Below are positions 29,364 to 37,326 of a stretch of DNA of 64,000 bases, piece after piece. The notes under the pieces were generated by a model that saw only the letters and a list, made by a program, of their open reading frames with translations, had not been told where the DNA came from and did not search any database. Numbering within the stretch: the first letter of the stretch is position 1; the number at the start of each line of letters is the position of its first letter. Location: positions 1-64,000 of the IMG/VR virus record IMGVR_UViG_3300020577_011550; one strand, written 5' to 3'. This DNA is from a virus (Duplodnaviria > Caudoviricetes). The position numbers were made by a program, and so were the translations under genes.

Positions 29364-30648
29364 TGCCCTTTTCTCCTCCGCCGCCGCGCTATGGGCCACG
29401 CCACAAGACCTGTTCGATAAGCTGCACCGCGAATTCCACTTTGAGGTGGACGTGTGTGCAATCGCTGAGAATGCCAAGTGCCCGGTCTACTTCACGCCGG
29501 AAATGGACGGCTTGAAGCAGGAGTGGCTAAGTACCCTCATAGTCAATAAAACAGGATCTATCTGCCAATGTCAGAAGCACTCATTCAATGCTCCAAGTGC
29601 AAAGAATATAAACCTGCTACAAGGGAGTTCTTCTACCCAGACCAACGTAAGAAAAGCGGATTTGCCACTCAATGCAAAGCTTGCAAAAGAAAAGGGAAAC
29701 GTTCGGACAAAGCGATTGAAACAGGTAAATTGGAATGCACCCGTTGTAAGGTCACTAAACCCCTTACACTTGAGTATTTTGCTCGCAACCCTGATAACCG
29801 AACAGGATATTCCTCTTGGTGCCGAGAATGCAGTCGTGAACATGCTCGGCTTAAACAGGCGCGCCGACGCGCTGATCCTGTGGAGCGAGCTTCTGTCATT
29901 GCGGCCAAAGAGAAATATGCTAAATCAGAAAAGGGGCGACAGCGCAGTCGGCGCAACACTAACATCCAAAACCATAAGAGACGTCAGCGAAATATTGAAA
30001 CGCAATGGGATTGGACAGCAACCGACTGGAAAACCTGTAAAGCCGCTTGGGATCACTGCTGTGCATATTGCGGGGAACGCGGAAAACTTACGCAAGATCA
30101 CTTTATCCCCTTATCTTCTCCCGACTGCCCCGGAACAATCCGTCAGAATATGGTTCCGGCGTGTGCCAAGTGCAATTCTTCAAAACAAAATCGGTCGCCA
30201 TTTGAATGGTGCACGAACCAAGATGTACTACGAAGGATACAGAGTTACTTCGCATCATTGCCCACAGTGCGGTGAATGCATCGAAATTACGTATCCATCT
30301 ATAGCATGGATGAATCCCCCGTACGGTTCGCCGGAGCACGTGTGCAAGCCCAACTGCAAAAAGAAGCGCTGCGCGAAGCGCGGCTACCACAACACCGTAT
30401 ACAAGCCGGGCATCATCGACTTCATGCACAAGGCGTACACCAGCGCGAAAGCGGGCGCAACCGTCGTGTGCCTGGTTCCGGCCCGCACCGACACCAAATG
30501 GTGGTGGAGCTACGCGATTCACGGCGAAGTCCGGTTTTTGAAAGGACGCCTCAAATTTGGGGACGGGAAGAAGAATGCGCCCTTTCCGTCAGCGATCATC
30601 ATTTTTCATCCGGGTCTTGCCAATCAGGGAGTAAAATGGGGGCTATGA
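29356..30648 (+). CDS. Phage Dam-type DNA N6-adenine methyltransferase with a ~255-codon in-frame insertion
   Basis: WATPQDLF..L...F.FEVDVCA...NAKC...DGLKQEW / WMNPPY...VCLVPARTDTKWW...FLKGRLKF...APFPS; insertion lies between W and WMNPPY. Confidence 0.88.
   Translation: MNSALFSSAAALWATPQDLFDKLHREFHFEVDVCAIAENAKCPVYFTPEMDGLKQEWLSTLIVNKTGSICQCQKHSFNAPSAKNINLLQGSSSTQTNVRKADLPLNAKLAKEKGNVRTKRLKQVNWNAPVVRSLNPLHLSILLATLITEQDIPLGAENAVVNMLGLNRRADALILWSELLSLRPKRNMLNQKRGDSAVGATLTSKTIRDVSEILKRNGIGQQPTGKPVKPLGITAVHIAGNAENLRKITLSPYLLPTAPEQSVRIWFRRVPSAILQNKIGRHLNGARTKMYYEGYRVTSHHCPQCGECIEITYPSIAWMNPPYGSPEHVCKPNCKKKRCAKRGYHNTVYKPGIIDFMHKAYTSAKAGATVVCLVPARTDTKWWWSYAIHGEVRFLKGRLKFGDGKKNAPFPSAIIIFHPGLANQGVKWGL
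29568..30275 (+). CDS. HNH homing endonuclease nested in a shifted frame inside the methyltransferase gene
   Basis: CSKCKE..PATREFFY, CAYCG...LTQDHFIP...NMVPACAKCNSSK; ACAGGA RBS upstream. Confidence 0.9.
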   Translation: MSEALIQCSKCKEYKPATREFFYPDQRKKSGFATQCKACKRKGKRSDKAIETGKLECTRCKVTKPLTLEYFARNPDNRTGYSSWCRECSREHARLKQARRRADPVERASVIAAKEKYAKSEKGRQRSRRNTNIQNHKRRQRNIETQWDWTATDWKTCKAAWDHCCAYCGERGKLTQDHFIPLSSPDCPGTIRQNMVPACAKCNSSKQNRSPFEWCTNQDVLRRIQSYFASLPTVR

Positions 30649-31061
30649 GACAGTGGACGCCCGTCGTGAATCTGGTGGTCGGCACTGATCGTCCAACGCT
30701 CGAGCAAATCGAGCGCGTGCAATTTGTGGTTGCTCAATCATGGTGGAAGCATCAGCAGGTGGTCACGACCGACGACCACGGCATCAACGCCGAAGTTGCC
30801 CGGCAGTGCCTGCTCCAGTGCGTAGAGTGCACGATTATTGGCACAGGCCAGCGCCCGGCGAATGGCGCCGACGGGCAGTATGTGCGCGTGCTGGTCGAGA
30901 AGGGGATCGCCCGTATGGAACGCCGAGCCCGCCGCGATGCCTTCGCGCTCGGCATGGCTGATCGGGTGATTACTTTAGGTGTGCAGGTCAAGACGGAGAA
31001 GTGGACACTGGACTTGCAGGAGCTCACGCCCCTGCAAGTTTTCGGGGAATACAGACGTTGA
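30645..31061 (+). CDS. Degenerate SLOG-like protein
   Basis: VVGTDR...TTDDHGINAEV...RRDAFALGMADRVI pattern parallels the upstream SLOG gene. Confidence 0.5.
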   Translation: MRQWTPVVNLVVGTDRPTLEQIERVQFVVAQSWWKHQQVVTTDDHGINAEVARQCLLQCVECTIIGTGQRPANGADGQYVRVLVEKGIARMERRARRDAFALGMADRVITLGVQVKTEKWTLDLQELTPLQVFGEYRR

Positions 31062-31063
31062 AG

Positions 31064-31089
31064 AAGCCGGGCATTACGCCCGGCTTTTT
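31064..31089 (+). terminator. Rho-independent terminator
   Basis: aagccgggc-attac-gcccggcttttt. Confidence 0.8.
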
Positions 31090-31867
31090 AGTTATGCTGA
31101 GGAAGTGTCGGTTTTGGAGTCTCACGCCGAAATTCAAAATCCCAATCGGCATTCCCTACCCACGGATAGGTACAATCTGGCATCGCCTTAATCTCAAGCA
31201 CTTCTTCTGGAGTCAAAGAGAACCACTCGGTATCGCCATGTCGCTTATCTGCATATCGTACATGCAGCTCGTGCTCTAAGCAGGCGATTTGGTTGCTCTG
31301 AATCTGGTGTAGAAGCTCAATGCTGAACGGCAACCCTGAAGTAATTTCGCGTCCACGTCGCTGTGGGTTGTTCGAAAAGCCGATCTTGTAGTGCCCTGTC
31401 GAAAGCTGAAACAGATACACATAGCCAGTATGAGGATCGGGATATTTCCAATACAGGTCTTTAAAGCGGAGATATTCTTCATACCGTCTCAAAAGAGTGT
31501 CGGCCTCTTCAAGACGATCATGAAGCATTAGCACTTCATCGGTCGGCTGTAAAACGCACTGCTCGTAAAAGTAGCTACACCACAGTTCAAGCTGGCTGCG
31601 TCCTTCGTCAGAGCGAACGAACCAACGAATAAATTGAACAAACTCAGTGTCCAGATACTTATGGTTCCGATAATGTTCAATTCCCGTATCTAAACGCTTG
31701 TGCATCCAATACAGGTTAGCAGCAGCAAGCAGAGCTTTATGGTTAAGTTGAACATGGAGAAGAGTCTCAGCGAGCGCGTTTACATCCGCGCCATATACAT
31801 CGGAAACAAGTTCAATCGAGGTTTCACCGATTAGGAATTTGAATCCACTGATTTTGATGTTATACAT
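31088..31867 (-). CDS. GIY-YIG (T5orf172/Mug113-like) domain protein
   Basis: GYVYL...YKIGFS...LEHELH..YA..R...EWF; own promoter TGGTATAAT. Confidence 0.85.
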   Translation of the reverse strand: MYNIKISGFKFLIGETSIELVSDVYGADVNALAETLLHVQLNHKALLAAANLYWMHKRLDTGIEHYRNHKYLDTEFVQFIRWFVRSDEGRSQLELWCSYFYEQCVLQPTDEVLMLHDRLEEADTLLRRYEEYLRFKDLYWKYPDPHTGYVYLFQLSTGHYKIGFSNNPQRRGREITSGLPFSIELLHQIQSNQIACLEHELHVRYADKRHGDTEWFSLTPEEVLEIKAMPDCTYPWVGNADWDFEFRRETPKPTLPQHN

Positions 31868-31974
31868 CGCGCACCTCCGCGATTTGTCACCTATGAAGAG
31901 ATGGCAGTCAGGACGGTAGGTGTTCCGTCTTTTCGGTGATCAGCCTAGACTGCCAATAGAATTATACCATGTGA

Positions 31975-33069
31975 TCAACTGTTCAGGGCATTCCGCTTTT
32001 CTTCGATCCACGCTGCGAGTTCGTCCAGTTCTTTCGCCAGCGCTTCACGCCTTTCCGGACGCTTCCAATCACGGTCAAACTGCTTCTGAAAATCGGTGCG
32101 TTTCTGAATCACAGGCAGCGGTTTTGCGGTCGTTTTAGGCGAAGATTTCGAACTTTTTTTCGCGTTGTTTAACGCGTTCAACAACGCGCGAATTTGACGA
32201 ATTCCCCAATCTTCTTCATCAGCGATTTGCCACTGTTCTTGGGGTAGTGCCAGCACCTGCCGATACACGCTCAACGATGCCCGGTTGGTCACGCCGCACC
32301 CATTAAGCAGCTTCTGCATCGACCCATCCGGCGCGTCAAGATCGACGACCTGTGCATAGTAATCGCGATCATTGGCAAAGTAGTTGTAAGCCGTGAAGCG
32401 CTTACGACCGGCGAGCAATTCCATCATGAGAAGCGCGTACTGACGGGCGCGCGCAACCATGTTCAGGTCTTCGCGATTGACGTTGCTCGTCGCCTGATCG
32501 AAGCGGTCAAACTGCTCGTCGATCTTGATGGGAATGTATAACCACCGCTCATCCCGCGTGAGGTAGTACAGCAGGTGGAAGCCCAGCCAGCGGCGTTCAC
32601 CATCGCCAATGAGATAGGTTTGCTCATCGCGCGGAGTGACGATGATCGGGTATTCCAATCCATCGTTCGCTATGGAAGCGGCAAGCTTCACCGCTCTAAG
32701 GAGAGCGCGCTCAATCGGCTTGATCCCCTCGTCAGGCAGCTCGGCAAGCTGACGGTTGATGATGCGGAGATAAGTCTCTTTCAACGCATCAACGGGCTGA
32801 CCGCTTTCAACGCTGGCCTCAGCAAACCACCCATCGAACAAAGAAATGGTTGATTGCGGGTTGCCATCCCAATGGATACGAGCGGCGTAGGGAATAGCCC
32901 GCCGCGGCTGTGTGACGTCGGGATAAACAATGACGATGTTCGCCGTCAAATCAGCGGGCGCAATCGGAGCTGCTGGCGGATCGGGTGGCGGTGGATCAGT
33001 TTTGGCTTTGGGCGGCGCGCCTCGCCGCCCAAAGATTTCGTCCGCTCCAGGCGGTCCCTGCTGTGTCAC
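31975..33069 (-). CDS. parB: ParB/Spo0J-like partition protein
   Basis: LEYPIIV...YLIGDGERRW; N.NREDLN; directly downstream of parA. Confidence 0.8.
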   Translation of the reverse strand: MTQQGPPGADEIFGRRGAPPKAKTDPPPPDPPAAPIAPADLTANIVIVYPDVTQPRRAIPYAARIHWDGNPQSTISLFDGWFAEASVESGQPVDALKETYLRIINRQLAELPDEGIKPIERALLRAVKLAASIANDGLEYPIIVTPRDEQTYLIGDGERRWLGFHLLYYLTRDERWLYIPIKIDEQFDRFDQATSNVNREDLNMVARARQYALLMMELLAGRKRFTAYNYFANDRDYYAQVVDLDAPDGSMQKLLNGCGVTNRASLSVYRQVLALPQEQWQIADEEDWGIRQIRALLNALNNAKKSSKSSPKTTAKPLPVIQKRTDFQKQFDRDWKRPERREALAKELDELAAWIEEKRNALNS

Positions 33070-33911
33070 GCCGTCACCTCTAGACTATTTTGCACGAGGC
33101 TCACAACTTCCGCGGCAAACGGTTCAAAACGGCGAACAGCCTCGACCGCCGACGCACGGTCATAGGATGCTTCACGGTCTTTCACTTCGCGGTGCGCGTA
33201 GATCGACATGAGGCGATTGCGCGACTCCTGCCACGCTACACCCGCGCTGATCGCAGGTAGGATGCGCGGCGGATAGGGGCGATGGCGATACATCATCTTG
33301 AGCATTTCGTGATTCACCTTCGCCGTATTGTCACGTGCCGCCATCCGGGTCGGCAGCACGCCGATCAGCTTCGCAGCGGGGAAGTTAGTCGCTTCACCTT
33401 TGGCGCGCGCCGTATCAAGAAAGTTGAGTGTGTCGCCGACGCTCTCAATGCAGTCCAGCTCCGTCATCGTCGGAATATAGACATAATCCGACGTGTAGTA
33501 GACCGCCGTGTGCAGCTGCGTGATACCGGGGCTGGTGTCGATGAGCACCACATCTGCCCAACCGCGCAGGAGATTGACCTTTTCGTAGAAGACTGCCGGG
33601 GTGCGCTTGTCTTCTTCGATCTCGCGCGTGCCATTCCACGCCGACACGAGCATCAGGTCAGCATCCTTGCGATTGGTGAACAGAGGCGATACCGGGCGCA
33701 GCACGTCTTCCCATTGTGCGCCGCCGTACATCAGATCAAACAGGTCATCCCGTTCTTCCAGTCCGACGCGGCGCGACGCATTGCCTTGACCGTCAGCCTC
33801 GATCACCACCGTGAACAGACCGGCCCGCGCGCACGCAGCCGCGAGATTCATGATCGTTGTCGTCTTACCAACGCCGCCTTTACGAGCAATACCACCAATG
33901 ATAACCGTCAC
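33066..33911 (-). CDS. parA: ParA/Soj ATPase
   Basis: RKGGVGKTT deviant Walker A, EADGQGNAS, IDTSPG. Confidence 0.93.
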   Translation of the reverse strand: MTVIIGGIARKGGVGKTTTIMNLAAACARAGLFTVVIEADGQGNASRRVGLEERDDLFDLMYGGAQWEDVLRPVSPLFTNRKDADLMLVSAWNGTREIEEDKRTPAVFYEKVNLLRGWADVVLIDTSPGITQLHTAVYYTSDYVYIPTMTELDCIESVGDTLNFLDTARAKGEATNFPAAKLIGVLPTRMAARDNTAKVNHEMLKMMYRHRPYPPRILPAISAGVAWQESRNRLMSIYAHREVKDREASYDRASAVEAVRRFEPFAAEVVSLVQNSLEVTA

Positions 33912-34012
33912 TTCGTCACCACCTTCGCGGCGAAGCTGCCGCCCTGTGCGCCTACTTTCGTCGGCGCGTTTGTCTTCTGAACCTTCACTTGGACTTTGAA
34001 ATTACCGTGCAT
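33908..34012 (-). CDS. 34-aa small ORF bridging two genes
   Basis: MHGNFKVQVKVQ...; overlaps both neighbours; below ORF-track cutoff. Confidence 0.45.
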   Translation of the reverse strand: MHGNFKVQVKVQKTNAPTKVGAQGGSFAAKVVTK

Positions 34013-34907
34013 GAATAACGAGCTCCTCTTGCATGTGTGCGAAAAGTTGACCTAGACCCTCGTCCTGCAGCGCTTCCCGCAGCGCTTTCAACGTGCGCGC
34101 CGGGTCGCCCCGGTACACGGTGACTACGACCGGCAGCACCTGTTTCGTGCGCCGTTCCTCCTCCAATACATCCGCCAAATGTTCCTGCTGCGCTTCATAC
34201 CGCGCGCGCTTCAGGTCCGTCACGGTAGCCTTGCGAATCGGCACGCCGGCAATGTGGCCCGTCGCCTCAATCGTTTGCAGTGTCCGTGATTCTTGACCGG
34301 GCTTCCGGTCTTTCATCTGCGCGAATTCCGTCACCAGCTCGGGGCAGGTGAGCCCGTACTTCGCGATGATGTCCAACACGTACGTCTGGATCGCAGGCTT
34401 CAACCGTCCCAGCCGATCGACCATGTCCTTACCCGCGAGCGCCGTGATCTCCGAGCTGGTGACCAGATGCGCGATCAACGGGTTCTGCTCGACGACCGAT
34501 TCGGCTCTGACGACCTGCACCGCTTTGGCAACATGCGCCTCGGTGACTTTAGGCGCTTGTTCGGCCTGCGCCAATTTCTGCGCGGTTTCGTAGGCGCGCA
34601 GCTGCTGCGTCGGCTCGGGCAGCGTCTTCAAAACCCGCACATGCCGGTCGGGAATGTTTTCGCCCGTGGGCGAAATATTCGCTTGCACCAGCGCCGCATC
34701 TTTCAGCCGGTAGACCTGACTCGCCGACCGCCCGAACCGCGCCTGAGCGCACGCTGCAAAGCTGTGATAGCCCAGCGCCAACCACCCGCGCCCGTTATAG
34801 AAGCGCAGCACTTCCTCACGCGCGCTTTTCAGGCTGAGCGCGATCTTCTTGACGGAGGCTTCCGCTTCCGCCTTCGATAGATCCGTTGGGAGCAGGTCAT
34901 CAGTCAC
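34002..34907 (-). CDS. Hypothetical phage protein (GWLALGY.SF..C...F..S.SQVYRL motif)
   Basis: GTG start overlapping the PolX stop; motif common in phage DNA-associated proteins. Confidence 0.75.
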   Translation of the reverse strand: MTDDLLPTDLSKAEAEASVKKIALSLKSAREEVLRFYNGRGWLALGYHSFAACAQARFGRSASQVYRLKDAALVQANISPTGENIPDRHVRVLKTLPEPTQQLRAYETAQKLAQAEQAPKVTEAHVAKAVQVVRAESVVEQNPLIAHLVTSSEITALAGKDMVDRLGRLKPAIQTYVLDIIAKYGLTCPELVTEFAQMKDRKPGQESRTLQTIEATGHIAGVPIRKATVTDLKRARYEAQQEHLADVLEEERRTKQVLPVVVTVYRGDPARTLKALREALQDEGLGQLFAHMQEELVIHAR

Positions 34908-35835
34908 GAAGCACCGCCAGTGCCTGTTCGAGCACCCCGGCGATGGACTCACGCCGCAGCCGCGCTTCGAGCAGATCGACAAACGTCTTAACCCGCTTGC
35001 CTTCCGCAACACGCCACTTATCCGGCATCCGGTTCAGCTTATCCCAGTAGGCAAGAGCGCGGGCACTCGTCATCTCCAGCGGTTCATAGTCACCGTATCC
35101 GACATAGACCCACACCTTGCCATCCGGACGCAGGAATGGCGACGACCAAACAAACGGCGGACGTTCGGGCTTTTCTTTCGGTGGCGACCCCGCAGCCGTG
35201 ATCGGCGCTTCCAGCCCGCGCAGGCCAAACATAGCCTGCTGGCGGATCTTGTATTTGGATGGCTCACCCCATTGGTGACGCGCGCCAAACTGTTTGGAAT
35301 ACGTCTTAATGGAGCGATTCTTTGGCTCGATGTAAGGCAGGCCGCACAGCGCGAACCAGTCTTGTTCGGTCGCAATTTTGAGACGTTCTTCGCCCGCATA
35401 GACATACCCGTCTTTGACGTGGAACGGGGCGCTGCCGTGCTTGATCTTCGTGACCAGATACATGTTGGCATTATCTGCCGGATTGCCGGGACCGGTGCGG
35501 AGCCATGTCATGTACCCGCGGTTCCAGTCGTCACACAAAAATAGCTCCGCCTTCATGCCTTGATAGACTAGGCCGCGGTATTTCTCACCCCAGCGCGTGG
35601 TCTTCTTTTCGCCGTAGAGCGCTTTGCTGATCGCCCCCTGCGCGACGAGACCATCAAGGAAGGAGGAATAAGAGGGGAGGGCAGTCGCCACGATCTCGAT
35701 ATCGCCAACCTCAGCTCGTTCGCGCCGCAGTGAACCGGCGATCTCACTCCACACAAGGTGCGGGCGGATCAGCGCGAGCAGCGCGTCGGCAATCGGACGG
35801 ACTTCGACCGCGGGCCGCTTCTCCCCGTCAGACAA
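34900..35835 (-). CDS. Family X DNA polymerase-like nucleotidyltransferase without PHP domain
   Basis: IAGSLRR..EVGDIEIV, WLRTGP, E.DWF..CGLPYIEP..R; TTG start after GGAGGAGG. Confidence 0.85.
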   Translation of the reverse strand: MSDGEKRPAVEVRPIADALLALIRPHLVWSEIAGSLRRERAEVGDIEIVATALPSYSSFLDGLVAQGAISKALYGEKKTTRWGEKYRGLVYQGMKAELFLCDDWNRGYMTWLRTGPGNPADNANMYLVTKIKHGSAPFHVKDGYVYAGEERLKIATEQDWFALCGLPYIEPKNRSIKTYSKQFGARHQWGEPSKYKIRQQAMFGLRGLEAPITAAGSPPKEKPERPPFVWSSPFLRPDGKVWVYVGYGDYEPLEMTSARALAYWDKLNRMPDKWRVAEGKRVKTFVDLLEARLRRESIAGVLEQALAVLRD

Positions 35836-36076
35836 CGGTTTCCTCCTCCGGGATGGGCAGCAGATCACTTAACTGACACCCGAGGAACTTGGCTAAGGCA
35901 ATGAGCGTTTTGACGTTCATGGTTTCGAGTACGCCCTCATCACCTCTCAGTAAATGGCTGATGGTCTGCGTGCGTACCCCCGTTGCTTGCGAGATCTCCC
36001 GCTGCGTGTAGCGCTTGTTGTCGCGCTTGTCCTTTTCCGTCAGCAGCGCCAAAAACCGATTTTCCTGTTTTCCCAC
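35828..36076 (-). CDS. Cro/C1-type HTH repressor
   Basis: YTQREISQATGVRTQTISHL...KTLIALAKFLGCQLSDLL. Confidence 0.88.
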   Translation of the reverse strand: MGKQENRFLALLTEKDKRDNKRYTQREISQATGVRTQTISHLLRGDEGVLETMNVKTLIALAKFLGCQLSDLLPIPEEETVV

Positions 36077-36105
36077 TCTCGCACCTCTTCCGCTAGCGAT
36101 ACCGT

Positions 36106-36159
36106 ATTATAGCACAAAAAGATCAAATATTTGACACCAAAGGCGCATTAAACTATACT
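36106..36159. promoter_or_regulatory. Divergent promoter pair (immunity switch)
   Basis: Plus strand TTGACA(36131)-17-TATACT(36154); minus strand TGTGCTATAAT (-10 at 36111-36106). Confidence 0.75.
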
Positions 36160-36398
36160 TTTAATATTCTCATGTTCATAGAGGGCGGTTCATGGTTTAT
36201 CTTGATAGTAAATGCTCATTATTTCAGATTTGTAACCAACCTCTGACGTTAAATTCACGCGGGTTAGTTGTACTATGAAACTAATAACGTTGATAGGCGG
36301 CTATGGCCGTATATACCCTATAGCCGATGTAACAGATTTCTTTTTTGATCATTGCTATGCTCACCCACGACACACAACATTCAAGAAAGGTGAGGATC

Positions 36399-36632
36399 AT
36401 GAGCCAGCATGTGGATCCAAAACATTGGGGACGCTTACGATTACCGGAAGAGCTCATCGACGCATCGAAAGCTATATGCAAGCGAGAAGGGTTCAATCCG
36501 CAGGACGAATTCCATCTGTTCCTGTACTTCACCCTTCACAAAGCGTTCCCCGAATGGACGGCGCACGCGACCGAGCTGCACGAACTCGACTGGCTGCGTG
36601 CGCAGCTCGAGGAAATGGGCAAGATCACGTAA
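36399..36632 (+). CDS. Small ribbon-helix-helix-like regulator
   Basis: RBS GAAAGGTGAGG; first gene divergent from the repressor. Confidence 0.6.
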   Translation: MSQHVDPKHWGRLRLPEELIDASKAICKREGFNPQDEFHLFLYFTLHKAFPEWTAHATELHELDWLRAQLEEMGKIT

Positions 36633-36783
36633 CGTCGCTGGACTTAACCGATAAAAAAGGACTGACATCTCCGCGCATGGATGATGCCAGTCCTTTTTTG
36701 TTGGTTGGGGATTTCGTACCTACCAACATGTTCGTTTTCGATCATCTGTGCTAAATTTGAGAGGGAGTAACGAAAATCTAACT

Positions 36784-37056
36784 ATGCCGCATTTCTTGAC
36801 GCCCCCACGAGGCCAAAAGGTCGTGGCAAAGCAAGTCCTGGGATTTATCCCCGTGCACAACACGTGCGTCACCGCGCAGGTGGAGACGAACAAGCGGGGA
36901 GGGTATCGTCTGGTGGTTGGCGAGGGCATGGATCTGGCCCACACCGGCCGCTACAAATCGGTCGAAGAAGCGATGGAAGGAGCCGCGAATTATGTCCGAG
37001 CAGCACACAGCGACCTCGAACGTAGCAGCCTGCGCCAGCCTCAACCTGCTGGCTGA
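36784..37056 (+). CDS. Hypothetical protein
   Basis: RBS GAGGGAG. Confidence 0.6.
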   Translation: MPHFLTPPRGQKVVAKQVLGFIPVHNTCVTAQVETNKRGGYRLVVGEGMDLAHTGRYKSVEEAMEGAANYVRAAHSDLERSSLRQPQPAG

Positions 37057-37234
37057 CGAATTCACCGAAGTGTTCCTTGCGGGAACAAACACGCAGATCG
37101 TGACGCTGGCAGCTATCAGCCCGCCGCGTCGCCGCCCGGCAACGACGTATCAGGCGTGGGTGTTCAATTTTGATACTTGCGAAAGCGCCATCATCATTTT
37201 GTCCGCGGAAACCCCGCTGGACGTCGGGCAATGA
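36992..37234 (+). CDS. Hypothetical protein
   Basis: RBS AAGGAG; hairpin follows. Confidence 0.55.
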   Translation: MSEQHTATSNVAACASLNLLADEFTEVFLAGTNTQIVTLAAISPPRRRPATTYQAWVFNFDTCESAIIILSAETPLDVGQ

Positions 37235-37326
37235 AAAAGGCTGGTCTCGAAAGGCCAGCCTCAGCAGGTGATCGGCTCCGATGGTTGAACCCCTAGAGCC
37301 GATCACCGAGAACAGGATAACTCGAA

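Noticed and set aside
29527-30306. Methyltransferase insert read as a group I or II intron
   Set aside because: Only about 40 nt before and 30 nt after the HNH ORF; no recognisable ribozyme core or domain V. A cmscan would still be the decisive test
29527-30306. Methyltransferase insert read as an intein
   Set aside because: No block A, block B (TxxH) or terminal HN/HQ; the YYEGYRVTSHHC resemblance to block G is superficial
36275-36754. 159-aa plus-strand ORF over the switch region
   Set aside because: It spans promoter DNA and overlaps the better-supported 36399-36632 ORF, which has a strong RBS
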